Shown one piece after another: positions 18,917-18,922 of a DNA stretch of 18,922 nt. The stretch spans positions 1 to 18,922 of the forward strand of contig NZ_JHXR01000034.1 of assembly GCF_000621645.1 (NCBI RefSeq). The letters run 5' to 3'. A program made the position numbers and the translations under genes. Within the stretch, counting starts at the first letter, position 1. Every line of letters begins with the position of its first letter. The DNA comes from Vibrio cholerae ATCC 14035. Lineage in GTDB: Bacteria > Pseudomonadota > Gammaproteobacteria > Enterobacterales > Vibrionaceae. The notes below the pieces were generated by a model. The model was not told where the DNA came from. It worked only from the letters and a program-made list of their open reading frames with translations, and did no database searches.

Positions 18917-18922
18917 CGAAAT

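Overview
This window reads as conserved chromosomal backbone of a Vibrio, most likely V. cholerae chromosome I. That call rests on about 47% GC, an EF-Tu ending in VVAKIIA, and gene order, which matches the E. coli 91-92 min region (zur-dusA-pspG, dnaB-alr, yjbQ, pgi). On the + strand, in order: tuf 3' end, bfd-bfr, rpsF-priB-rpsR-rplI, dnaB-alr, pgi, an MBL-fold hydrolase, dusA, pspG, an outer-membrane barrel gene, a small orphan ORF, and cysJIH. On the - strand: a DUF481-type outer-membrane gene, a yjbQ-family gene, and zur followed by a CheX-like gene. The window ends inside a tandem rRNA-type P1/P2 promoter region. I found no integrase, transposase, CRISPR array, toxin-antitoxin pair, long repeat or compositional island, so I cannot support a new multi-gene defence or mobile system here. 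The leads worth a second look are small-scale. (1) zur appears to be co-transcribed with a CheX-family phosphatase gene. (2) The 353-bp zur/dusA spacer holds a + strand terminator-like hairpin 24 nt before dusA, a strong orphan Shine-Dalgarno and a 26-codon ORF. (3) An 18-bp hairpin buries the bfr ribosome-binding site. (4) A sigma-54 -24/-12 element and an IHF core lie upstream of pspG. (5) The MBL hydrolase has an odd hydrophobic C-terminal tail. All homology statements come from reading the translations and from recalled family signatures; no database search was run.
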